From Candidatus Marinacidobacterales bacterium (GTDB lineage Bacteria > Acidobacteriota > Vicinamibacteria > Marinacidobacterales > DATDRI01), in NCBI GenBank assembly GCA_965219415.1, contig CBDCNP010000002.1:1344001-1408000 (forward strand): a DNA stretch of 64,000 nt, in the 5' to 3' direction. A program made the translations under genes and the position numbers. Under the pieces are notes generated by a model. It ran no database searches, had not been told where the DNA came from, and saw only the letters and a program-made list of their open reading frames with translations. Every line of letters begins with the position of its first letter. The stretch's first letter is position 1. Positions 18,690 through 28,855 of the stretch are shown one piece after another.

Positions 18690-21199
18690 TGGAAACACTA
18701 GTCGACCTCATCCCCGAGATTGAGCGCCTCGGCAACCGCGAGGCGGTCCGGTTCCACAACGGGTTCCGAACCTGGACGCTTTCCTACCGAGCGCTCCATC
18801 ACGACATCGCTGCATTCGTCCATTTCCTTGACAACCAAGAAGCTGTGAAGGGCGATCGCCTGCTCTTGTGGGGCGAGAACCGGCCCGAGTGGGTCGCCGT
18901 TTTCTGGGCGTCGATTGCCCGAGGCGTGGAGGTCGTCCCGCTCGACTTCAGATCCTCTCCCGAGCTGATGAACCGGATTCAACAAAGGGTCCGCGCCCGA
19001 TGGCTGGTGCATGGCTCTCGGGTCAAGACGGACGGCGCAGAGGACGCAAAGCTCCGGAAATTTTCCTTCGAGGACCTGGACGCGCTGGACCATCACGACT
19101 TCAAGCCAATGACGCGTTCGAAGGATGATGTCGTTCAAATCGTCTTCACATCGGGCACCACCGGCGAGCCTAAAGGTGTCGTTCACCGACATCGACACCT
19201 TTGCGCCAACCTGACGCCCGTCGCTAGGGAGATCGAAAAATACAAATGGCTCGCCCGCCCCTTTCAGCCGATTCGCATCCTCGACCTGCTTCCCCTGAGC
19301 CACCTTTTTGGGCAGTCGCTAGGACTCTTCATTCCCGTCGTCCTCGGAGGATCAGTGGTCTTCGCGCAAGATCTTCAACCTGGCGCGATCTTGGAAACTT
19401 TGCGCCGCGAGAGAGTCTCGGTGCTGGTGAGCGTCCCCCAGCTCCTCAGGAACCTGCGTCACCACGTGGAGCCGCGACTCCCGTCGCCTGCAAGAAAGGG
19501 CTGGTGGAAGAACCGCTCACTACACCGCGAGCTCGGATGGAAGTTCTGGGCTCTCGTGGTAGGGGGGGCGCGACTTGCCACCGAAGACGAATCCTTCTGG
19601 CGACGATTGGGCTTCGTGGTTGCCCAAGGCTACGGGCTGACCGAAACGAGTCCCGCGGTAACCGTGAACCACCCGTTTCACACGACGGCCGGCTCACTTG
19701 GGAAAGTGGTCGGCGAACAGGAAGTCAAGATTGCGCCGGATGGTGAGATCCTGGTTCGAGGGGCGACGGTGGTCGCGGAATACTTGGGCGGCCCTACGGA
19801 CGGCGCGAGCAGCATGGACACATTCGTCGACGACGAGGGATGGCTGCATACCGGCGATCTTGGTCGCATCGACGACGAACGACGGCTCTACTTTCGCGGC
19901 AGAAAGAAAGACGTCATCGTCACCGCGGACGGCCTCAACATCCTTCCACAAGACGTCGAGGCAGTCCTCAACCAATTTCCGGAGGTCAAAGAGAGCGTCG
20001 TGCTTGGCCGAACCCACGAGGGCCGGGAGCGAGTCCATGCCGTCCTACTCTTGAACGATTCGAAAGCAAGCGTCCAACGACTCGTCAGCCAAGCCAACGA
20101 ATCGCTGGAGCCACACCAACGCATTCGCTCGTGGAGCATTTGGCCGGACGAAGATTTCCCTCGCACCGCTTCAACGCTAAAGATCAAGCGCCGTGAAATG
20201 TTTGATCGCCTGCAGGCGTTCGAGACTTCTCAGTCGGAACCGAAGCCAGCCACCGAAGTAATGGGAATCTTGGCGAACGTCTCGAGCCGCGACGTAGCGA
20301 CGCTGCGAGACGATCTCCGCCTTTCCGAGGACCTTGGTCTCTCCTCGTTGGAACAATTGGATCTCTTGTCGCGATTGGAGGAGGTCTATGGCGTGACTCT
20401 CGACGAGGAGGCCCTCTCCGAAACGGAAACCGTCGGCGAGTTGAGGGCCTGGCTCGAACAAGATCAACTCCCAGCCCCTCTTTCTCTGGAGACTCTTAGC
20501 CTCGAGACGGTGCCCCGATGGGACCGTTCGCGACCAGTTCGGTGGGCTCGCACCGCGATCTCGGAGCTCGTGTTCTGGCCGCTTCTACACCGTTATATCG
20601 AGCTCTCTGTCGACGGGCTCGAGAATTTGCAGGGCCTACGGCGGCCCGTGCTTTTCGCGGCCAACCACAGCAGCCATCTCGATACGCCAGCCATCATCGC
20701 CTCACTCCCATTCGCATGGCGTAACCGCGTCGCACCGGCCATGATGCAGGAACGATTCCGCGCCTACTTCGACCCGCGCGGCCAGCCGTTGAAGGCTCGT
20801 TGGCGAAACCGGTTCGAGTACTATCTGGCTACCTGTCTCTTCAACGCCTACCCACTACCTCACGAGATGAGCGGTGTGCGAAGCGCGCTCAAATTCACCG
20901 GTGAGCTCGTCGACCACGGTTTTTGTCCCCTGGTTTACCCCGAGGGTGAACGCTCCCCGGACGGCACCCTGAAGCCATTCAAGAGCGGTATCGGACTCAT
21001 GGCGGTCCGACTGCGGCTTCCGGTAGTCCCCATTCACCACCAGGGGATGTTCGAGATCTACTCGCTCCACGACAGTTGGCCACGAACCGGCCGGGTGCAT
21101 CTGCGAATTGGCACCGCGTTACGTTTTTCAGAGGAGGACGACTACCAGAGCACAACCGAGGTCATAAGAGAGGCGATCGAAAAACTAGGCCACGGGTGA
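18689..21199 (+). CDS. AMP-binding acyl-CoA ligase / ACP / PlsC-like acyltransferase fusion
   Basis: 'FTSGTTGEPKGV', 'GYGLTE', 'WLHTGDLG', ACP 'DLGLSSL', 'NHSSHLD', 'YPEGERS'. Confidence 0.9.
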   Translation: METLVDLIPEIERLGNREAVRFHNGFRTWTLSYRALHHDIAAFVHFLDNQEAVKGDRLLLWGENRPEWVAVFWASIARGVEVVPLDFRSSPELMNRIQQRVRARWLVHGSRVKTDGAEDAKLRKFSFEDLDALDHHDFKPMTRSKDDVVQIVFTSGTTGEPKGVVHRHRHLCANLTPVAREIEKYKWLARPFQPIRILDLLPLSHLFGQSLGLFIPVVLGGSVVFAQDLQPGAILETLRRERVSVLVSVPQLLRNLRHHVEPRLPSPARKGWWKNRSLHRELGWKFWALVVGGARLATEDESFWRRLGFVVAQGYGLTETSPAVTVNHPFHTTAGSLGKVVGEQEVKIAPDGEILVRGATVVAEYLGGPTDGASSMDTFVDDEGWLHTGDLGRIDDERRLYFRGRKKDVIVTADGLNILPQDVEAVLNQFPEVKESVVLGRTHEGRERVHAVLLLNDSKASVQRLVSQANESLEPHQRIRSWSIWPDEDFPRTASTLKIKRREMFDRLQAFETSQSEPKPATEVMGILANVSSRDVATLRDDLRLSEDLGLSSLEQLDLLSRLEEVYGVTLDEEALSETETVGELRAWLEQDQLPAPLSLETLSLETVPRWDRSRPVRWARTAISELVFWPLLHRYIELSVDGLENLQGLRRPVLFAANHSSHLDTPAIIASLPFAWRNRVAPAMMQERFRAYFDPRGQPLKARWRNRFEYYLATCLFNAYPLPHEMSGVRSALKFTGELVDHGFCPLVYPEGERSPDGTLKPFKSGIGLMAVRLRLPVVPIHHQGMFEIYSLHDSWPRTGRVHLRIGTALRFSEEDDYQSTTEVIREAIEKLGHG

Positions 21200-21206
21200 A
21201 TCTAGA

Positions 21207-23588
21207 CTACTCGCGCTCCCAGATCTCGGACTCGTTCAGAGCACTCCACTCGTTGCCCCGCCGCGAACGCCCCTTGAGGTTGGGAGAGAAAGGCACCGTC
21301 GCAACGGCTTCACTGAAACTGTGCGCCCCGGGGCTTCGTGGATCACTTCCATCGAGCGTGTAGTAGACCCGTTCCGCACCCTCCGGGCGAGCGATGGTGA
21401 CGCCGTCAGGAGTACGCTCGAACACCGGAGGGTCGATCGAGGGGTAGTAACGATGTTCCCGAAGCGCCCGAATGAACCTATCGACGTTGCCGTCCATCAA
21501 TTCGAGGACGTAGTCCCTCGACCGCTTCCAATGCACCTCCCGGGTGCGGGGGCGATTCTCTCTGCCAGGACTCGCGTCCCCCCATCGGGCAGACTCACAA
21601 AGCATTGCGGACTCGATATAATCCGCTAGCCTTCGAAAATTCGCCTTGTTGGCTCTGTCCGCGAGTGGGCCGCCGTCGTAGCAGGCGCGGCAGACGCGGT
21701 CTGCAAACTCCAAACTGAACTCCGGGCTGTCGTCCAACGCCATCCATAGTTGGTGTAGTGCCGAGGTCCCGCCGGACACGAACTTGGGCGGAACCCATGC
21801 CCCAGCGTGGCCGTAGTTGGAGAGTAGTCCGTACGTGATCTCCGAATCCCAGCAAAAATACAATCCGACGCCGGGAGGGTGAATCCGAATTCCTCCATAC
21901 CAATTCCGTCTTCCCCAATCTCCCATGCCGGAAAACCAATTGAGCAAGATGTAATCGCTAAACTGGGCCGTATCCAATAAGGCTTTCATCTTCTCGTACT
22001 TCACAGGCTCCGATAGGTCGTTATCACGTGCATAACCGTGCATCGCGTACCACCGGGGGTTCGGGTTGCCAACCGCGCCGGACTGGTTGATGGCAAACCA
22101 GTCGGCGTCCGCATCGCCACCATAATAGGATGCGAGGAATCGCCGATCTGGACGCTCCACCGCGTTGTACACCCCCCAGTAAATTCCGTTCAGATAGACA
22201 TGCACAAAAATGCCGTGCGCAGCAGTCCCACTCAAAGAAAGCTGCGAGTCTCGAGCGTGTTGGTCGCGGACATAGACCGCCAACTCGCCGATCTCGCCGG
22301 CTCTCGACCAATTGGCTTGCCCCCCCGCCCGAAGAACGATGGTGTTGAACTCTCTCACGGCAGATTCGGCATGGTGCACCGCGCTCTCAAAAAAAGGGTA
22401 TCTCAGCATCCCTGGGCCGTAGTCTTTACTGAAACTCAGGCGAAACGAGCGCTTTTCCCTTGCTTGGGTCACGCTGTGGGCTCTAATTCCACAATCGATC
22501 TGGAAACCTTCGAAGTCGGGAAATGTCTCGGGGTAAAGGAGCTCAACCGATGCGGGACGGGTTAGTGCGCCCTTTTGAAAGTAGAGCCCTCCGCTCTCAC
22601 TAAAGAGATGATCCTCGTCCATGACGACGGAGAGGGTCGGAATCGACGTCAGTCCTTCCACAAACTCCCGCTGGTTGCTCGTATTCACGACATCGGGATC
22701 GATCTCGAGGTCGAGATCTCGGCGGGGAGCCATGTTGAAGGAGCGAAACGGGGCCGGATAATCGAATGGCAACGTCGCCTGTTCCTTCACGTTCGTTGGG
22801 AAAATATAGGTATGGGTGTCGACGTTCGTGCTCTTCGAGCCACGCTTGTACGCCATGGCCCGAAGGACGGTCGTGGAATCCACAAAGACCTTGTCGCCGA
22901 TCGTTCCATTGCTAGCACTCGGTTCACTGCCGTCGGTGGTGTAAACGATCGTCGCGCCCGGAGTGGCGGTGGCGATGGTCACTTCGAAAGGGCTCTCGTA
23001 AAAGCCACGATCGTGGCTGAATTTCGTATCCCCTACCGACCGCGTTCGGCCGGCTCGGCGATGCCATTCATTGAAAAGATCGACCGCTTGCCCAACCGGC
23101 TCCGCCTGTACGCTCGTAAGAATGGGTTCCCCCAAAATCGGAACGAGTTGCTCCGGATGCGTGCCGCTCGAGGCGTCCAGCAGAGGCCGCGCCGTGAAGG
23201 TCAGCGAGACCTCTATCCCCGCCAATGGAGTGAGGTCAGCCATGCGGTCATGCCAACGATTCCCGCCATGGGCGGCAAGGGTCTCGCGAAAGGCCCGGCT
23301 CCGCCTGCCATCGGCGTCGATCTCAATCAGGAACTCTGTATCAGGCATGTCCCGGTTGGGCGTACCCAATACGGCCATCGAGAATTGGAGCACCGCGTTT
23401 TGGGGTACCCGAAGCGCGAAAACCCACTCCGAGCCCTCTAGAGCGGCCCGGGACTCTCCCTCCAACATCACATCCCGAGGAGCCTGAGAAGGATCGAGAA
23501 GCGAAACAGGCTGCGAACTCGGCAACTCGCTGCAAGCCGCCACGAATGCTAGCAGCATCGGGACAAGCGTGACGCCCCTTCTTCCCAT
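21207..23588 (-). CDS. CotH kinase family lipoprotein with chitobiase/FN3-like domains
   Basis: 'IVYTTDGSEP', 'HVYLNGIYWGVYNAVER', 'DWGRRNW', 'WDSE', 'ESARWGD'. Confidence 0.85.
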   Translation of the reverse strand: MGRRGVTLVPMLLAFVAACSELPSSQPVSLLDPSQAPRDVMLEGESRAALEGSEWVFALRVPQNAVLQFSMAVLGTPNRDMPDTEFLIEIDADGRRSRAFRETLAAHGGNRWHDRMADLTPLAGIEVSLTFTARPLLDASSGTHPEQLVPILGEPILTSVQAEPVGQAVDLFNEWHRRAGRTRSVGDTKFSHDRGFYESPFEVTIATATPGATIVYTTDGSEPSASNGTIGDKVFVDSTTVLRAMAYKRGSKSTNVDTHTYIFPTNVKEQATLPFDYPAPFRSFNMAPRRDLDLEIDPDVVNTSNQREFVEGLTSIPTLSVVMDEDHLFSESGGLYFQKGALTRPASVELLYPETFPDFEGFQIDCGIRAHSVTQAREKRSFRLSFSKDYGPGMLRYPFFESAVHHAESAVREFNTIVLRAGGQANWSRAGEIGELAVYVRDQHARDSQLSLSGTAAHGIFVHVYLNGIYWGVYNAVERPDRRFLASYYGGDADADWFAINQSGAVGNPNPRWYAMHGYARDNDLSEPVKYEKMKALLDTAQFSDYILLNWFSGMGDWGRRNWYGGIRIHPPGVGLYFCWDSEITYGLLSNYGHAGAWVPPKFVSGGTSALHQLWMALDDSPEFSLEFADRVCRACYDGGPLADRANKANFRRLADYIESAMLCESARWGDASPGRENRPRTREVHWKRSRDYVLELMDGNVDRFIRALREHRYYPSIDPPVFERTPDGVTIARPEGAERVYYTLDGSDPRSPGAHSFSEAVATVPFSPNLKGRSRRGNEWSALNESEIWERE

Positions 23589-23745
23589 CGCAGTGTTGCA
23601 GGCCTAACCAACGCCTTTATAGGCCCCAGGAATAAACTCGTTTCCAGACGTAACCAATCGGCCACGTCGGAATCCTACTCTATGTGGCTGTTAATCAAGA
23701 CCCCAAACGGGGCTCGGCAGACCACCAATTAAGGGGGAATAAGCG

Positions 23746-24460
23746 ATGAAAAGCCGACGCTTTACGAGTCTTACCTTTGTGGTCGCCGCCTTTGTGATGA
23801 CTTCCAGCGGTTACCTGCTCCATGCTGGCGACGACGCGAGCGCGACGACGTCTTACCAGGTTGTTTTCGTTCCTTCCTGGAACCCCGATACCCATCCCCA
23901 GGACTACCCCATTACCCATGGGAAGAAGGGACTTCTGACACCCATCATTGGAGCCACCCATGGAACTGACTACCGCCTCTTCGCCTCTGGGAAGCAGCCA
24001 ACCGCTGGACTTGAGCGCCTCTCCGAAATGGGCAAGCACGATCCGCTCGGATTCGGAGATCAAGGCAGCCATTGCGGCTGGTAAAGCTGGTGCACTCATC
24101 GAGTTTGCCGAAGCCAGCGAGGGTCCGGTCCACGCCCCGGTTGCCCACCGTTTCGAAATCGACGAAAGCTACCCTCTCGTGTCACTGGTGGGGATGATTG
24201 CACCTGGCCCAGACTGGTTCTTCCGTGTCTCAAACGTGGAGCTACGGCAAGATGGTCGCTGGGTGTCCTCTATCACCGTCGGAGTCTTCGCCTGGGACTC
24301 GGGTGGAGATGCCGGGACAACCTACATGGCGGAAGATGCCGACCTCGACCCCAAGAAAGCATCTCAGCTGCTCGACAATCCGATTTTTCTCCAGAACGGA
24401 AACCGTGTTTCCGTGGGTACGTTCATCTTCAAACGTGTGCCGTCGATGGCAACCGAATAG
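23746..24460 (+). pseudogene. Spondin-domain secreted protein, one frameshift
   Basis: 'IGATH', 'GLERLSEMG', 'VGMIAPGPDWF', 'AWDSGGD'; shift near 24049. Confidence 0.8.
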
Positions 24461-24538
24461 GGATCGCAATCCTGCTCCTTCGCTCCTGTCTGAGGACAGC
24501 GGGGGAGCAGGACCGAACCTTACCGAGGCGCGCCTGAC

Positions 24539-25517
24539 ATGAATGACATGAAGAAAAACGCTAGAACCGCGTTGACCTTCCTGGGGTTGGCCACCATTCT
24601 CTTCGCTCTGGGACCGGCTGTCTTGAAGCTCTTAACTACGATGGGGGGACGCTTTGGCATCTCGAACCCTGGCGCCATTTCCTTTTGCAATGTTCTCTTC
24701 GTCGGAAATTTCTGCGCCGGTCTCGTGACGTTAGTGATCTACGGCGTCCGCCCCATCGCCGGCGAGCTCCTTCGCTTGCCAAGGAGGGCAAAGTTGGCGC
24801 TCACCCTGGGAGCCATCGTTTCCACCATCTACCCTGCCCTCCTCTTTACGGCGCTCGAGCGTACCCCTCGGTAATCAACATCGTTCTCCTGTCGCGGTTC
24901 AACGGCATCGTCTTCGTCGGCTTGGCCTATCTCTTCTACCGAACGATGGTCCGGAAGGCGGATGTGGTGGGTTACGGAATCATCGCGGTCGGCGTGGCGA
25001 CCCTGGTGGTCATCAACAACGGTGGCCTCAATCTCAGCTCCTGGTCCTAGCCGCCACGGTCTTTTTCGCTCTGACCGAGCTCATCAGCAAGACGATCCTT
25101 CGGGATTGTTCCATCGAAGCCTACGTGTTCTTCCGCAATGCGGTCTCTGCCCTAATCTTCTTCGTCCTCGCGGTGTACTTCTTCGGCTTCCACCATTTCA
25201 TGGACGCTTTCGCCGGTGAGCTCTGGATTCTGATGGTAATCTACGCCGGCTTCGCGGTAGTTGCCGCCCAACTCTTTTGGCTGAAGGCGACGCGGGTCCT
25301 ACCGGTAAAGACGGTTGCCAATAGCCAACTCCTCAACCCGGGCTTCAGCATTCTTTTCGCTTACCTGTTGCTGCACGAGGTTCCTTCGGCGCTCGAATGG
25401 ACGGTGATGGAGGTCATTCTCGTGGGGATGTTGATTCCCAAGCTTGGAGTCTGGGAGCGCGGCCGGCAGGAAGTCCGGCCGGTGGCCCTCGGTGCGGGCT
25501 TGGTCGGGATGCACTAA
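24539..25517 (+). pseudogene. DMT/EamA transporter, two frameshifts
   Basis: 'ISFCNVLFVGN', multiple TM helices across three frames (shifts near 24866 and 25040). Confidence 0.75.
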
Positions 25518-25531
25518 GAAAGGAATTTCCC

Positions 25532-26027
25532 ATGATCCAAGAAACGACCCGCCGCGTTTCCACCGCGTTTGTTTTGTTGTCGCTGGCAGTCTCTTCGACG
25601 CCCGTCGTCGCACTCGGCGAAACCCCTGTCGTCAAACGACCCGAGGACCTCCGTATGGATGGAGCGGCCTTCCGGAGTGCGGGTCGCGGTTCTCCAAGGC
25701 GATCCGGAAAAACCCGGCCCATTCACGCTACGCTTGCAGTACCCGGCGGGATACTGCAAAGGACCGCATTTTCATCCTCGCGACGCCTACGTGACGGTTC
25801 TTTCGGGGAGTTACTTCCGTGGCTATGGAGCTATTGTCGACGAGCCCAATGCGTTCGAGCTCACTCCGGGAACCTTTTCCGTGAACCCGGGAAGAGTCAG
25901 CCACTACGAATGGACTCTGGTGCCGGCCGAGCTTCAGGTCCACGCCACCGGCCCTTGGGAGACCGTCTACGTGGATGCCGAAGGCGACCCACTCAAAGGC
26001 AAGCGGGAGACGGGAATGCCGCAATAG
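25532..26027 (+). pseudogene. Secreted cupin-domain protein, one frameshift
   Basis: Signal peptide; 'VLQGDPEKPGPF...PHFHP...TVLSG...GPW'; shift near 25652. Confidence 0.75.
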
Positions 26028-26140
26028 ACCTGTTCGAGATCCAACTCTTATGTTATCGCGAGCTCTTTTCTAATGAGGGATTGTTGTAGTGACACGGTGA
26101 AAATTATCCAATCAGTTGGCGCTGTGCTAGCGTCGGCGGC

Positions 26141-26776
26141 ATGGGAGTCTCCGAACCGCCGGCGGGCGACCGCTCGCCTAGTCTTGAGGAACAAGAACGA
26201 GAAACCGCACTGATTCGCGCGATCCGAGCCGGCGATGAGGCGGCTTGCGAAAGAGTCGTGCGGCAGCAAAGTGGGAGAATACTGGGAACCGCCAGAAGAT
26301 TATTGAGCAATGAAGAAGACGCTCGGGACGCCGTCCAAGATGCGTTCTTGTCTGCGTTTCGCTCCATCGAAGGCTTCCAGGGAGCCTCACGGCTTTCTAC
26401 CTGGCTTCACCGAATCGTTGTCAACGCCGCTCTGATGAAACTACGAATGAGGCGCCGAAAGCCCGAACAGTCGATAGACGAACTGCTGCCCGAGTTCTTG
26501 GAAGACGGTCACCAAACTCCGAGATCGGTAAAATGGAGTGAGCCGTATGCGGAGCTGGAAAGACGGGAGACACACGCCCTGGTTCATCAGTGTATCGACC
26601 AACTTCCCGTCTCCTACCGCACCGTTCTAATCCTCCGTGACATCGAGGAGCTGGATACAGAGGAAACCGCAAAGTTATTGGGCGTGACCCAAAACGCCGT
26701 CAAGATTCGTCTTCACCGAGCCCGGCAGGCGCTGCGCACGTTGCTGGACCCGCATTTTCGTGGAGAAGCGGCATGA
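26141..26776 (+). CDS. ECF sigma-70 factor
   Basis: 'DARDAVQDAF', 'STWLHRIVVN', 'VKIRLHRAR'. Confidence 0.93.
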   Translation: MGVSEPPAGDRSPSLEEQERETALIRAIRAGDEAACERVVRQQSGRILGTARRLLSNEEDARDAVQDAFLSAFRSIEGFQGASRLSTWLHRIVVNAALMKLRMRRRKPEQSIDELLPEFLEDGHQTPRSVKWSEPYAELERRETHALVHQCIDQLPVSYRTVLILRDIEELDTEETAKLLGVTQNAVKIRLHRARQALRTLLDPHFRGEAA

Positions 26777-27021
26777 TTGCATGTCGCGAGTTCATCGAGT
26801 TCTTATCGGCGTACCTCTCGGAGGAGCTTCCCGAATCACAGCGGTCACGCTTCGAAGCGCACCTCGCAGGCTGTAAGTCGTGCGTCGCCTACATGAACTC
26901 CTATATCGAAACGATGCGTCTAGAAAAAGCTGCGCTCGCCGATCCCGATGAAGGCGTTCCCGAGGACGCTCCTGAAGATCTCATCAAAGCCATTCTCGCC
27001 GCCAAAGGGAAACAGAAATAG
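26773..27021 (+). CDS. zf-HC2 anti-sigma factor
   Basis: C...HLAGCKSC motif; ATGA overlap with sigma gene. Confidence 0.9.
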   Translation: MIACREFIEFLSAYLSEELPESQRSRFEAHLAGCKSCVAYMNSYIETMRLEKAALADPDEGVPEDAPEDLIKAILAAKGKQK

Positions 27022-27066
27022 CGCTTCGGAGCCCGGATCGCCAAACTAGAGCGAGCGAAGGACCAA

Positions 27067-27678
27067 ATGAGTCGATACTTACTCCTGTACTTGTCCTTCC
27101 TGCCCCTGCAAGAGGTGGAACCTCTACCGCCCGATCCGACGCCACTACCTTCTGGTCTCCATTGCCCGGTGGACAACGACACCGTTTACAACCGAGAGTT
27201 CGGCGCGCGGTTTCGAGGACGCCGTTACTACATGGACCGCGAGGATTGCCAGAAGATGTTCCTTGCGGATCCGGAGCGATTCGCCAAAGAGATCGAACCG
27301 CGAGCCGCTCTCTTCGCTTCGCCTCGCCCCGATCGTACGTCTTACGGTCCCTTCTTTCTGTACTTCGGCATTCTGATCGTGGTGGATCTCTTTTTCGGGG
27401 CCATGACGTCGTACGTCGCCATTCAAAAGGGACTCGACGGACAGAAGTGGTTCTGCGGAGGTTTCATCCTCAATGTCCTTGGCTTCGCTCTCGTACTGAC
27501 TCGTGGCAGCAAGGAGATGCTGTTTCGCAGTGAGGGAGTGCGCAAGACACCCGCTACCTACGAGCCCGGTGCCGGTCCGAAATGCGGAAATCTGAACCAC
27601 CCCTCGGCGAACCGTTGCAGCCGCTGCGGTCAAGCTCTCGAAGCCGGTGTGGAAAGCGACGTGGCGCGGGCGGGCTAG
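27067..27678 (+). CDS. YHS-like domain, two TM helices, zinc-ribbon protein
   Basis: 'CPV...YYMDREDCQKMFLADPERF'; C-terminal 'KCG...CSRCG'. Confidence 0.65.
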   Translation: MSRYLLLYLSFLPLQEVEPLPPDPTPLPSGLHCPVDNDTVYNREFGARFRGRRYYMDREDCQKMFLADPERFAKEIEPRAALFASPRPDRTSYGPFFLYFGILIVVDLFFGAMTSYVAIQKGLDGQKWFCGGFILNVLGFALVLTRGSKEMLFRSEGVRKTPATYEPGAGPKCGNLNHPSANRCSRCGQALEAGVESDVARAG

Positions 27679-27682
27679 GACT

Positions 27683-28855
27683 ATGAGATTGCCGTTTCTA
27701 GATAACATCCTGCAGTCGGGGACGGGCACGGCGCAACGTCCTCAAATCGACAAGAACCATCAGAGCAATATCCCCGGGCTCTATATCATCGGAGACTTGG
27801 CAGGTGCGCCGGTCATCAAGCTGGCGATGAGCGATGGAGCAAGGCTACAACGTCATCGAGCACATCGCCTCGCTGAGCGACGCGAAGACCACCGAGCCCA
27901 ACGCACTAGATGTGCTGGTCGTCGGTGCGGGAGCTTCTGGTCTCAACGCCGCACTCCAGGCGAGTGAGCGCGGCTTGAGCTGCGCGGTCCTCGAGAAGGA
28001 AAAAATCGCCAACACCATCGAGAACTTCCCCGAGGGCAAATGGGTCTATGCGGAGCCTGACACTAAGCCTTCCAAAGGCAAACTCTGGTTGGACGGAGCC
28101 ACCAAAGAAGATTTGATCAAGCGATGGCAAGACATCGTGCGCGAGAACCGTCTCGACGTACGTACCGAGTCACCGGTCACCGCGCTGAAAAAAAAGGGTG
28201 GCCATTTCGAAGTCGAGGCCGGTGGGAACACGCTGAAAGCCAAGCGTGTCATTCTTGCCATCGGCCAGCGCGGCAACCCACGAAAGCTCGGGGTACCGGG
28301 CGAAGACCGCGAAGAGGTCTATCACCGGCTGTATAGCCCTCGGCACTATCGAGACGAAGACATCATGGTGATTGGGGGCGGTAATAGCGCCGTCGAAGCC
28401 GCATTGGTCTTGAGTGAGAAAAATCGCGTTGTGCTTTGCCACCGGGGAGCCGAGCTCACACGCATCTTCAAAGACAACGAGCGAAAACTGAAATGAGGCC
28501 GTTTCCGAAGGGCGCATCACTCTCCATCTCGAAAGCAACATCAACGAATTCGGTGACGGAAAGATCACTGAGACGATCTCGCGGGACGGCAAGTCCTTCG
28601 AGGAGGTCGTCCCCTATGACCACGCGTTTGTACTGATCGGCGCCGAGCTTCCGGTCAAGTTTCTAAAGTCCCTCGGGATCAAGCTCGAGAACGAGTGGGA
28701 AGGCAGCTTTCTTCGCGCCGCGATGTTGACTCTCGCTACCCTCGCTGGAGTTGGGTTCGTTCACGGCCAGACGGGTGCAAGCGGTTGGGGTCTCGCGATG
28801 CTCTTCGCAGGAACCGCGGCGCTCGTCGGGATCGCAGTGTACAAGGGCGATCGTC
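27683..28855 (+). pseudogene. TrxB/YpdA-like FAD/NAD(P) oxidoreductase, frameshifted and 3'-truncated
   Basis: 'GLYIIGDLAG', 'VVGAGASG', 'LAIGQRGNPRKL', 'GGGNSAVE'; shifts near 27830 (7-bp duplication) and 28492. Confidence 0.8.

Noticed and set aside
18689-21199. NRPS-like biosynthetic gene
   Set aside because: AMP-ACP-PlsC is a known lipid-metabolism fusion; no condensation or thioesterase domain.
22575-23441. Long antisense ORFs (also 57328-58311, 60329-61282 and others)
   Set aside because: Shadow ORFs of real genes in GC-rich DNA with no recognisable motifs.
28494-28496. TGA in the oxidoreductase as selenocysteine
   Set aside because: The continuation is in another frame (extra A), not an in-frame readthrough.
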